Shown here: piece after piece, positions 1 through 9,360 of the stretch | How the letters are laid out: every line of letters begins with the position of its first letter | Position numbering within the stretch: the first letter of the stretch is position 1 | Source: Guillardia theta CCMP2712 | Taxonomy: Eukaryota; Protista; Cryptophyta | Length of the DNA: 64,000 nt | Assembly: GCF_000315625.1 (NCBI RefSeq) | Contig: NW_005434645.1 | Span: forward strand, 481,925 to 545,924 | Reading direction: 5' to 3' | Position numbers and translations under genes: made by a program | Notes under the pieces: model-generated | The model's input: the letters and a program-made list of their open reading frames with translations, nothing else | What the model was told of the DNA's origin: nothing | The model's database searches: none

Positions 1-1291
1 AAGAAAGGATCAGGCTCATCGTTTTCACCCAACACTTGATACCTTGATTCGGGATTGCAGAGGTTACATTGGGAGGTACAACATAATCACAGATAAAATC
101 GAGGGTCGGCTCAGCGATATGGATAGCGATTGCAGAAGCTGATGTTCACATTCAGCGCCTGGCAATCTCAACAAGAAAGATTTACAGAGATCAAGTATGG
201 CCAACGTGATAAAGCCGAACGTTTTGAAGTAAGGCATATTCTTGGACAGCTCTGGAGATCAGTCAGGGTTGGCACAAACTCTTAGCCTAATCACTTGTAA
301 ACACGTTGCTGTCATCTTCAACATCATCTTCTCCGAAGGGTCTCTTGTACTTAGACGCCCTGCCAGCTCATCAGCTTTGCGAATGATTCTTGAACAGCAG
401 TTACCTATTCACAGAGTCTTTCCATGTAGCTTGTCTGACATAACACGTCTATTCACATCATGCTGCTTTGGTCAAGAGAATTCTTACCGATTCGCTGGCT
501 TCGCTTCGATTTGTGGAATAGGATGCTCTAAGTAAATGTCAGTCTGATTGTTCGACACATTCCAGTTGCCCACTGCTTTCGATGACGGACTCTTGGTCAT
601 ACAACAAGCGAAGAGGGTGCGAAAGAGTTCTGCCATGAACAGGAGGCGGCAAACCGTTTTCGTAATCCTTCTCTTCGTCAAAACATCTAGCGGCACATTA
701 GAAGCTGCGAATTGACTACCTCTTTGTACCTCTCAGCGTCTCGGCATGATGTGTTTCTGTGCATCATTGACATAGAGACATCCGACAAGTTTGTTAGCCA
801 CTTGCCCATAGCAGCCACGCTCCCTCGACGTCCCTATGCAAATTCACACCAGGTCAAGGGCGAGCAAGGATGGTACCTGGCGATGAGGACGCGCTGGTTT
901 GGCTTTCCCATCATCTTGCATCGTCTCTTGCAGCTGATGTGAGTTCTTCACCCCTGCTCTCCAAAGTCACATCTATCATCATTACAGTAAGAACTAAATC
1001 ACCGTTGCTGAACTCAGATGTCTTGGACTCTTTCAGTGAGATTTCTACATCCTTGCTGAGTATCGAGGACCCTTCTTCTTCAAGGACATCAAGTTCGCGG
1101 CATATTTCAGAGATTTGCTGCAAGTACTCTTCATTCTCAGTCATGAGCTCGTGATACGAAATCCCTTCATTATGTAGAACCATTTCCAAGGTTCCCTGGT
1201 GAGGAACCCCCAGGTTCGAAGGCCTTTCCCGCTCGTTGTCGGTGTCGGTCATGGTGGAAGCAACGGAATGCGAGAGGTTTGAAGGCTCCAT
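1..1291 (-). CDS. Hypothetical intron-containing protein (runs off the left edge; 5' end may lie near 1520)
   Basis: ORF 911-1291 with acidic/helical composition and further plausible exons to the left; no recognisable domain. Confidence 0.35.
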
Positions 1292-1907
1292 GCGAGCTAG
1301 GAGGCTTTCATCTCATCTTGCTTGTTGATGAGGGGAGGTGGAGACATCGAGTCCCGCGGCATCAGCGAATTCTGCTACTTGTACGTTCGTCTACTCAGAG
1401 CGGTGATTCCGTGAGGGAGCCCTGTGTGGTCTAGCAGGTAACTGTTTCTGCTTCTCATCCTGCTATGATCGAGCTTCGATCGCTCTCCCTCTTCATCGCG
1501 TCGTCTTCTCCGCATCATGATGCTGCCTGGCCCCCTGCGTTGCCATTATGCGGGCCTCCGTCTTGCTCCTCCAACTCTGCATAGCATTTCAAGCTCACCT
1601 CAGTACCTTACATAGTTTGAATTATATGGCAGCGATTCAATCACCAACATCGATTAAGTCTTATCTCTCTGTCAGCTCCTGGTAGGTCCTTCTGACTGTC
1701 AGCACCAAAAAAAGGACCGAAGTTGCCTGTCACGTTTTTATCACTTCAGTCCGAGTCAGCAGCCTGCATGTCATCATGACTTGAAGTCACAGTGCACAGT
1801 TTTACTAGCGGTCGTTTTGCATGACAGTGTGAAACGCCGGACAGTAGATCTGAAGAAGTCTAGCGACATGGTGCAATCATAAGAACAAGACCTGATGGCG
1901 AAATTCC

Positions 1908-3240
1908 TTGCTGAAAGATCCGACGGAAAGACCAGAAGTGGCCCTGGAAATGAGAGCGGAGAAGAACAAGCTTTTCAAAGGTAATGCAGAAGCTGGTACC
2001 ATCGCAGAGGGAATTCCCAGCGAGTCCTTCGACGAAAGAGTTGAAGGCCTGGGGTTCGCTCCCATTAAAGTGGAGAATCTGCCAAGCAAGCCTTGAAACA
2101 CAACCCCACGAACGACAGGAGAGATCGCAAAACCCACGGCCATTAGGATGACGACACTGATGATTGCTGGCAAGCATTGAAGCAGGTGAATGGAATTCAT
2201 CGACGAGTTGTAAGGGCAAGAATTACAAGGAGCTCAAGGAAGAATTGAAACAAGCTCACAAGCAGGAGAAGAGAAGACTGAAGGAAGAGAAAAGTCGATA
2301 AAGAATGGATGCGGCACAATTGACCTTTAAGAGCATCCTGTTTTCCCTCGTAACTCAAAAGTAGTCACAATCCTGCAGGGACAAGCTCACATGATTGCGC
2401 TTGAGTGTCGCCTCGCGAGTGAGAGTTTATCTTTGTCGTCTTGTTTCCGTTCTGCGCCTTCTCACGTTTTTCCTGTCAAGGCGCAAGTGCTCTGCAACTT
2501 GAACTGCCTATGAAATATCAGGAGAGCGCGGGCAGAGAAGAGGGACGAGTATGACAAGCAGGACCATTCCATGTACGGGCCGACAGCAAACCCGAGGTGA
2601 GCTCAACTGCGCCCCTTACCTTTTTCGGTGAGACAATCATATTAGGACCCTTGCAAACTCCGGCTTCAATCTTCTCCTGTATACAGAGGTGCCAGTGCTC
2701 TCGCACCCTTAAAACGATCTGGTCTAGCGCAGAACTAGAGTCGTGATTGAGATTACTTCAGTACATCACTGAGATATGGGAGGCTTCAAAACATAAACTT
2801 GCTGATTTAAAGGTGATCAAAGAGACCCCGGGCCATACTGATGTTTGTATTGCTCTGGCATTATGCAAATACACTCAACTCGTGCTCCGTCATCACTGGT
2901 AGAGCCGGCACCCGCATAAACTCCCTCTTGCTGTGTTCAATGATCACAAGGACCATCAGGAGAGCCTCCGAGGAGACTTACAGACCATGACAGTGAATGA
3001 AATTTTGCAGCCCACGATGCAATTGCTGCCTTCGTGAGTTTTTTTAACCAAGACTTACACATTTGACGCTAGAGTGTACATTGAAGGGCCATCGCATCGG
3101 ATTGACACTATAGTTGGATGGTCCAGGGCTGTTGTCATCTGTCTTTGCTTAGCATGAGCTCATCCTCCAGCCCCCTGCAGAAAGCCAACGCACTCAAAGG
3201 CGATATTGAGAAAACAACACATTACCATGGGATGAATTCT
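1908..3240 (+). CDS. Hypothetical multi-exon protein with charged coiled-coil stretch
   Basis: ORF 1908-2096 and exon [24 protein letters not shown] (~2220-2297), separated by GT-AG intron-like segments; boundaries approximate. Confidence 0.3.
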
Positions 3241-5168
3241 TCTTTCTCCTCGTCAAACACATAGCAGAAAGCATTCCTAGGCCTCGCACAGGCGTCAAGG
3301 TAGCTGCATAACCACACCTCGACTTTGTCTACAATCATAAGCTTTCCGAGTCCACCCGTCTTGATGGCATTGTTCCTAGGGAGCTCTTGCCATTTCTGTT
3401 GCATTCGGCAGCCGAGATAGTCAGGATGGAGAGTCCAGACCTGAGGTGTTGGTCCTGGTGACGTGTCTCTGGTGTTTTTGCAATGAGTTTCGTTGAAGCA
3501 TGGTTCTAAGTTCATGTCCAGATGAGCAAAACTTGGCCAGGATGAATGATAGCACGGTAAATTGTTGCCTGTCAGGTCCAAATAGTAAAGCGAAGACAAA
3601 TTAGTGAAAGCCTGGGAGAAAATGCAGGAAATATTGTCGTTGTGTAAATCTAGCCACTGCAAGCTCGAGAGCCCGTCGAAGATCCCCGCAGGCAGGCTCT
3701 GAAGGCTGTTGGAGGCAAGATCTAGCCCCTGCAAGCTCGAGAGCCCGTCGAAGATCCCCGCAGGCAGGCTCTGAAGGCTGTTGGAGGCAAGATCTAGCTC
3801 CTGCAAGCTCGAGAGCCCGTCGAAGATCCCCGCAGGCAGGCTGTCCACTTTTCTTAGACCCAGATAGGACAAGCTCATCAGTCTGTCGTAAGGAACCACC
3901 CCGATATTGTTGATGTCAAGATATAGCAACTGCAAGCTCGAGAGCCCGTCGAAGATCCCCGCAGGCAGGCTCTGAAGGTTCATGTCTTCAAGATATAGGT
4001 CATGCAAGCTCGAGAGCCCGTCGAAGATCCCCGCAGGCAGGCTCTGAAGGCTGTTGGAGGCAAGATCTAGCCACTGCAAGCTCGAGAGCCCGTCGAAGAT
4101 CCCCGCAGGCAGGCTCTGAAGGCTGTTCTTGTACAGAATCAGCCCCTGCAAGCTCGAGAGCCTGTCGAAGATCCCCGCAGGCAGGCTCTGAAGGTTGTTG
4201 TTGTATAGATCTAGCCCCTGCAAGCTCGAGAGCCTGTCGAAGATCCCCGCAGGCAGGCTCTGAAGGCTGTTGGAGGCAAGATCTAGCTCCTGCAAGCTCG
4301 AGAGCCCGTCGAAGATCCCCGCAGGCAGGCTCTGCAGGTTGTTATTGTGTAGATCTAGCCACTTCAAGCTCGAGAGCCCGTCGAAGATCCCCGCAGGCAG
4401 GCTCTGAAGGCTGTTGGAGGCAAGATCTAGCCTCTGCAAGCTCGAGAGCCCGTCGAAGATCCCCGCAGGCAGGCTCTGAAGGTTGTTATTGTGTAGATGT
4501 AGCCCCTGCAAGCTCGAGAGCCTGTCGAAGATCCCCGCAGGCAGGCTCTGAAGGTTGTTGTTGTATAGATGTAGCTCCTGCAAGCTCGAGAGCCCGTCGA
4601 AGATCCCCGCAGGCAGGCTCTGAAGGTTGTTGTTGTGTAGATGTAGCCCCTGCAAGCTCGAGAGCCCGTCGAAGATCCCCGCAGGCAGGCTCTGAAGGCT
4701 GTTGAAGGCAAGATATAGCTCCTGCAAGCTCGAGAGCCCGTCGAAGATCCCCGCAGGCAGGCTCTGAAGGTTGTTATTGTATAGATGTAGCCACTGCAAG
4801 CTCGAGAGCCCGTCGAAGATCCCCGCAGGCAGGCTCTGAAGGTTGTTATTGTATAGATGTAGCCACTGCAAGCTCGAGAGCCCGTCGAAGATCCCCGCAG
4901 GCAGGCTCTGCAGGTTGTTGTTGTATAGATAGAGCGAAAACAAGCTCGAGAGCCCGTCAAAGGTCCCATTTGTTATATTTCGAATATCACGGGAGCTCAA
5001 AGACAAACTGTAACAGGTCCAAACACAGCTTCCCTCCCTTGACAGCAGACCCTCATCCGAGACATGAAACGTACATTCTCCACAGCTCACATTGCTTGCA
5101 GCCTGGGCCTGCGGGAACATACCGCCCAAGACTACGACCACAAGCACACAGCAAGAGAGTATCCTCAT
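3222..5168 (-). CDS. Secreted/surface leucine-rich-repeat protein with 24-aa VLR/typical-type LRRs and Cys caps
   Basis: ATG at 5168 gives signal peptide [23 protein letters not shown]; Cys cap CGEC..C..C; 17 LPAGIFD-containing modules; C-terminal Cys cap. True 3' end may be spliced (GT after PTPQ). Confidence 0.9.
   Translation of the reverse strand: MRILSCCVLVVVVLGGMFPQAQAASNVSCGECTFHVSDEGLLSREGSCVWTCYSLSLSSRDIRNITNGTFDGLSSLFSLYLYNNNLQSLPAGIFDGLSSLQWLHLYNNNLQSLPAGIFDGLSSLQWLHLYNNNLQSLPAGIFDGLSSLQELYLAFNSLQSLPAGIFDGLSSLQGLHLHNNNLQSLPAGIFDGLSSLQELHLYNNNLQSLPAGIFDRLSSLQGLHLHNNNLQSLPAGIFDGLSSLQRLDLASNSLQSLPAGIFDGLSSLKWLDLHNNNLQSLPAGIFDGLSSLQELDLASNSLQSLPAGIFDRLSSLQGLDLYNNNLQSLPAGIFDRLSSLQGLILYKNSLQSLPAGIFDGLSSLQWLDLASNSLQSLPAGIFDGLSSLHDLYLEDMNLQSLPAGIFDGLSSLQLLYLDINNIGVVPYDRLMSLSYLGLRKVDSLPAGIFDGLSSLQELDLASNSLQSLPAGIFDGLSSLQGLDLASNSLQSLPAGIFDGLSSLQWLDLHNDNISCIFSQAFTNLSSLYYLDLTGNNLPCYHSSWPSFAHLDMNLEPCFNETHCKNTRDTSPGPTPQVWTLHPDYLGCRMQQKWQELPRNNAIKTGGLGKLMIVDKVEVWLCSYLDACARPRNAFCYVFDEEKEEFIPW
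3650..4960. repeat. 72-bp tandem coding repeat (LRR modules)
   Basis: Near-invariant core gcaagctcgagagcccgtcgaagatccccgcaggcaggctctg recurs every 72 bp, with one irregular module near 3845-3915. Confidence 0.95.
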
Positions 5169-5325
5169 CCTCCCTCCTTGACTCGTGCGGTCAGGTTTCA
5201 TTTTATCCTTTCCTCGCGCACTGCAACTGATTTGACTACCGGTCCTCTGGGAACCCTTCCAGTTGACAGGGACCACCCCACCCTTATCGGTATCGTGGAC
5301 TGTCGCCCAAAGCATGCCATCCGCG

Positions 5326-5355
5326 GTCTTCTTTACTCAAAGTTAAGTGAAAAAA
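5326..5355. other. Dyad-symmetric site copy 1 (TTTACTC-AAAGTT-AAGTGAA)
   Basis: 26/29 identical direct repeat of 7777-7805; related to 5447-5466 and 57821-57847. Confidence 0.6.
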
Positions 5356-5446
5356 TAGTGGTATTGACACCGATACAGACAACAGACAATTTATATATGG
5401 TGCATGCGCTATATATGTATAGAAAGAATAGCATGGAGCCCTTTCT

Positions 5447-5466
5447 TTTACTTAAAGTTGAGTAAA
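5447..5466. other. Dyad-symmetric site copy 2 (TTTACT-TAAAGTTG-AGTAAA)
   Basis: Perfect 6-bp inverted arms around an 8-bp asymmetric core containing AAAGTT. Confidence 0.6.
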
Positions 5467-5582
5467 CTTTCTTAGTTAAGTAACGTTCACAATGCAGGAA
5501 GCACAATGAAGAGCATCGACGCCGCCCTAGAGCAAGGATGATGGTGTTCTACATCCGATCACGTCTTAGGATCATTCTAGGC

Positions 5583-5748
5583 ATAGTTGTGCATTACTTC
5601 TACACATCTTTCAATCATGATAAGGATAGAAAACCTTTCATGTTAGAGAAGAACATGGTCTGAAAAATAGTTGCGCATTACTTCTACACATCTTTCAATC
5701 ATGATAAGGATAGAAAACCTTTCATGTTAGAGAAGAACATGGTCTGAA
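5583..5748. repeat. 84-bp tandem duplication (2 copies)
   Basis: atagttg(t/c)gcattacttctacacatc...gaacatggtctgaa at 5583 and 5667. Confidence 0.9.
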
Positions 5749-6172
5749 GAATCATACTTGTCTTGTTGAGATTCCCAAGTTGTCATTATCATGATGTCGT
5801 CCATCCCCAACTGTCTCCAATATGCAAGTCCCTTGAGCAACCATATCACGCTTGTTTCCTTTGTACACTGCACGATCATCCACACCCTAATCACAAAAGC
5901 ATCTTCAAGCTCCCCTTACCCCGCACTTGTCCCATGATCCCATCCCCATGAACATTATAGAAGTGACAAGGTGTAATCGTTGTTGCATGCAGGATAGCAT
6001 CCAACTTCCCAATGTGTCTGTACCTGATCCTGTCAAACCTGCGCATACTCCTTCACCCCCATCCCCAGTTATCTGGTATTGCACTTGCATGTTTGTAGAC
6101 ATCTCCGACAGGTACTATGCTCTTCTGTATTGCACATTAATGTATTACACTAGTAACTACACCAAAACATCT

Positions 6173-7335
6173 CTACATCCTTCGCCCTCGCCCGCTCTTC
6201 CTAAGCGAAAGTAAATTCCTGTGATATGTCAAGCGAGGGAAGATCCCCCTCCCACCCCAAACAAAATCATACTCACCCAGTGCTAGCAGAGGACATACTT
6301 CAGGTGAACACACGTTGCTGTAGACATGCTTTGGATCCCGCGGTTTCTCACCAGCCTGATCATTTTTTGCGTGAATTACGTAGAAGCGCAAGGCATCCCC
6401 GACGAATTCCATGTGATTGTACAACAGTGTGCATACGTTTCTGGATCTGGACATCAAATTCCAAGCCAGAATCAAAAAGGTCCTGGCCCAAACATATTCT
6501 CTTTCTGGTTTCTGTAGCATAACCTTGGCGAACACTGAGTACAAATCGTATGACAATGGTACATTGCCGGTTGTCACTTTTGCATCTTGATTGCAAGATT
6601 GAGAAAGATTCAACGTTCGCTTCAATCCTCTGAAGTCACTGCTCAATGTTTTCACCGCCTCGATGCTCAGTGTAACCCCGTAATTCTTGAGCATGTGCAT
6701 CTTGTACGACGAGCATGTTTGGAATGTTAGTTCTGGATTTTGTTGAACTTTATGGGTCACCCAGTCAAGAAACATCACTGGCGTGAATTTTTCAAAGTGG
6801 GTGGGATTAATTTGCTTCTGTAACATTATACTCTCTTCATGTAAGTTGTAGTTGGTAAACTCTCGTCCGTCGTCGCCGGCTCTGTCACCTGATCTGATCC
6901 GTTCAAGAATTTGTCACGTTCTTCACGCATGTTCGTTTTGAATTCATCAGTTCTGAGAGCATAATACTCGTCATTCGCGTATAACCATTCTATGAAGAGT
7001 ATCATGTAGTTCATATACATCTCTCTGGTCTTCTCCGATACATTGTTCTGCTGAATGCGTGTACGTCTTTCCTCGAATTCTCTCCGCTGTTGCACACATA
7101 ACACAGCAGCTGTGGATTGAGGACGCTTGCAACCTCGCCGTGCCCAAGGCTGCACCGGCGATTGATCCAATGGGGCTTCAGGTTGCAAGACGTTTTCGTC
7201 TCCTTCCACAGCAAAAGCTGGAACAGCCTGTTCCCCTCCTACCTCTGGCCCCGTTGAATCACTGTCATGAACCTCTTCCATTACCTCCTCCTCATCCCCG
7301 GAGTCCCCCCGATCCTCTTCCGCCGTCACTTCCAC
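6173..7335 (-). mobile_element. Crypton-like tyrosine recombinase gene, split and 3'-decayed (probable pseudogene)
   Basis: ORF 6173-6826 has WNLMSR..GDAL..HAKNDQAG..RDPKHVYSN..PEVCPLLALG, characteristic of Crypton/Ndc10-like YRs (first catalytic R and K). Upstream ORF 6826-7335 abuts via TAATG. HxxR and catalytic Tyr are absent from the ORF. Confidence 0.75.
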
Positions 7336-7776
7336 TTCAGCACTGCGTAAGACACTTCCCTCTGCGCCAGACAGACCTATGCTTCCGTAGTTAAAAGCTT
7401 GGTGCCGCTGAAGGACGTAATACCCCCCACCCCAGAATTCTGTTCAAAAGAGGGGTACTACTATGAATCCATCTTATTCACGTGTTTGCTTTTTTTAATT
7501 TCTTTTTGCTACTACCTGGGTCCTATTGTTTCATATGTACATAAGCAGCTATATACAAATGAAAAAAACGAATTTGACGGATTCCGTCGGGCTCTACGGT
7601 TTGCAAGCCCCTCATACAGCCCGCACATGCCCAGTTTTGGTCCGTGACGGCTGGTGCCGTGACGGCCCGTTATATTACAGATACATAGTACTCCTTCCAT
7701 GGATCCGGGCCCCGGGCCGGCGGCCCTGAAGAGGTACGGTCGGTTTAGCCGATCAGCGACGTCACTGACTCAGTGA

Positions 7777-7806
7777 GTCTTCTTTACTCCAAGTTCAGTT
7801 AAAAAT
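7777..7806. other. Dyad-symmetric site copy 3
   Basis: gtcttctttactccaagttcagttaaaaa, direct repeat of 5326-5354. Confidence 0.6.
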
Positions 7807-7827
7807 CACTGAGTACGAGCCTGCCCT

Positions 7828-7909
7828 ATCAGGAGAGTCGAGGAGGCTTGACCTGACACTGTCGCACAGGCCAAACGGCGAGAAGAGAAAAGACAGCGAG
7901 AACCAAACC
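7828..7909. repeat. 82-bp dispersed repeat copy 1
   Basis: Nearly identical to 28890-28971 (two 1-nt indels). Confidence 0.9.
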
Positions 7910-8495
7910 TATTTCTGCACTTAACTGATACATTCACTTAACACATTACAAACCATACTATAACATGTACTGCCAAATATCATCGCTTCTAGAGTCAGAT
8001 CCGTCGTGATGGTGACAGGCTCGGTTCTTTCAATTTACGAATCAAGGGCATGAATAGGAAGCTTGCCTTGTTGTACACCCTGAGCACTGCAGCGGTACTA
8101 ATTGATAGTGATTAATTGCCAATCATATTGAATATACAAGTTTATCTCATGGAGACCGTTCATCTTGACATTCCTGAGCTGCTGAGGCATCAATCTTCTT
8201 GAGTCTCACAATGGGAAGCACGCGACTCGTCATACAGGGACCACGGCCCTTGATGCGCACCGAGCATCAGGTCGAAGGTGGCCCTTTGACTCGAACCCCT
8301 GGGCCACATTTATTAGCAGGGGATTAGCCCTCCCCTTGACTAAAACATTTGTACCAGCAGCTGGGGTTATGAGTAAAACTGGCACCCACCGGTGGTACAA
8401 ATTTGACTCATCCGTTGATCGCGCATCGTCGAGACCGTAAGGACGCAGGAGAGGAGCGAAGAGGAGAGGATGAGATTGACATGCCAGTGAGTTAG

Positions 8496-9178
8496 ATGAT
8501 GAACAAGACAGCAAAGACCCTGTTTGTCCTTTGCTCCACCTTCCTGCTCGTCAGATCTCAAACCGAAAAGTGCTATACGGCAACCATGCCCGACATTGAT
8601 GGTGGTGCGTCTCATCCGTTATCTCCTTATCCTCGTTGCTGAGGTTGAGCAGGAAAGTGCGGCAAAATCACGGTCAGCTACGGATCCTGCATTTCTCTTC
8701 AAGATGCTCAGAATCATATTGCAAAATCAAAGGACCTTTCTATCACTGCGCCAAAGGATGATTCTGCATGCAAAACTCTAGCATCTAATGATTGTGGCAT
8801 CTACGAGGTGAGCAAACAACTGGTCTTGTTTCTTCTGACTCTTCCTTGCAGTCGCTGTCCTCCGTCACATGCAGCGACTACTGCAAGTTCTACATTCCCA
8901 ACAGGCAGAGCGGATGCTTGGTTGACTCTGATTGCTCGATAAGTCACGTTGCGACGTTGCGATGCTGCCGATCCTACCAGATGAGGAGTGAGACTCTATG
9001 CAACATGACTAGCTCTCAGATCACCGCGCAGATCGAGAATTTGAAGCTCGTCAGGTCCTGCACTGATGCTTCCAGTTGCTTCAACCCGTTCTCATCGGCC
9101 TCAGGCTCTCCCCCGGCGAGCATGCTGCAGTTGCTGTGTTTGTTATGCCTGCTCCTGTCTCTACAGCTCATCCAGTGA
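8496..9178 (+). CDS. Small secreted Cys-rich protein with GPI-like hydrophobic tail
   Basis: MMNKTAKTLFVLCSTFLLVRS signal peptide, two short introns, many Cys, ends SASGSPPASMLQLLCLLCLLLSLQLIQ. Confidence 0.7.
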
Positions 9179-9360
9179 GGATGATATGAGACATGTCAGG
9201 GTAGAGGGACATTTTGAGTTCGATCCTGAAGGGGGGAACCTGCAGCGAAAGTGTGCAACGGGATGATTGTTTGCTTCGATTTATCAACACGGAATGAAGA
9301 ATAGTGACAAAGAATAAAAGTTTCTACGAAGTAGTTGTGCCAGCAAGACAACTGCTTCTG

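Noticed and set aside
3650-4960. Regular repeat/variable pattern resembling a CRISPR array
   Set aside because: Period is exactly 24 codons within an open LRR frame; variable parts are related to each other; no cas genes; eukaryotic context.
4427-4969. Alternative-frame 180-aa ORF
   Set aside because: Shadow of the LRR repeat.
5905-6102. GTDTLGS as remnant of the YR GTHSxRKG motif
   Set aside because: Position fits but similarity is too weak to call by eye.
7828-7909. tRNA or snRNA identity for the 82-bp repeat
   Set aside because: No cloverleaf, T-loop or Sm-site pattern recognised.
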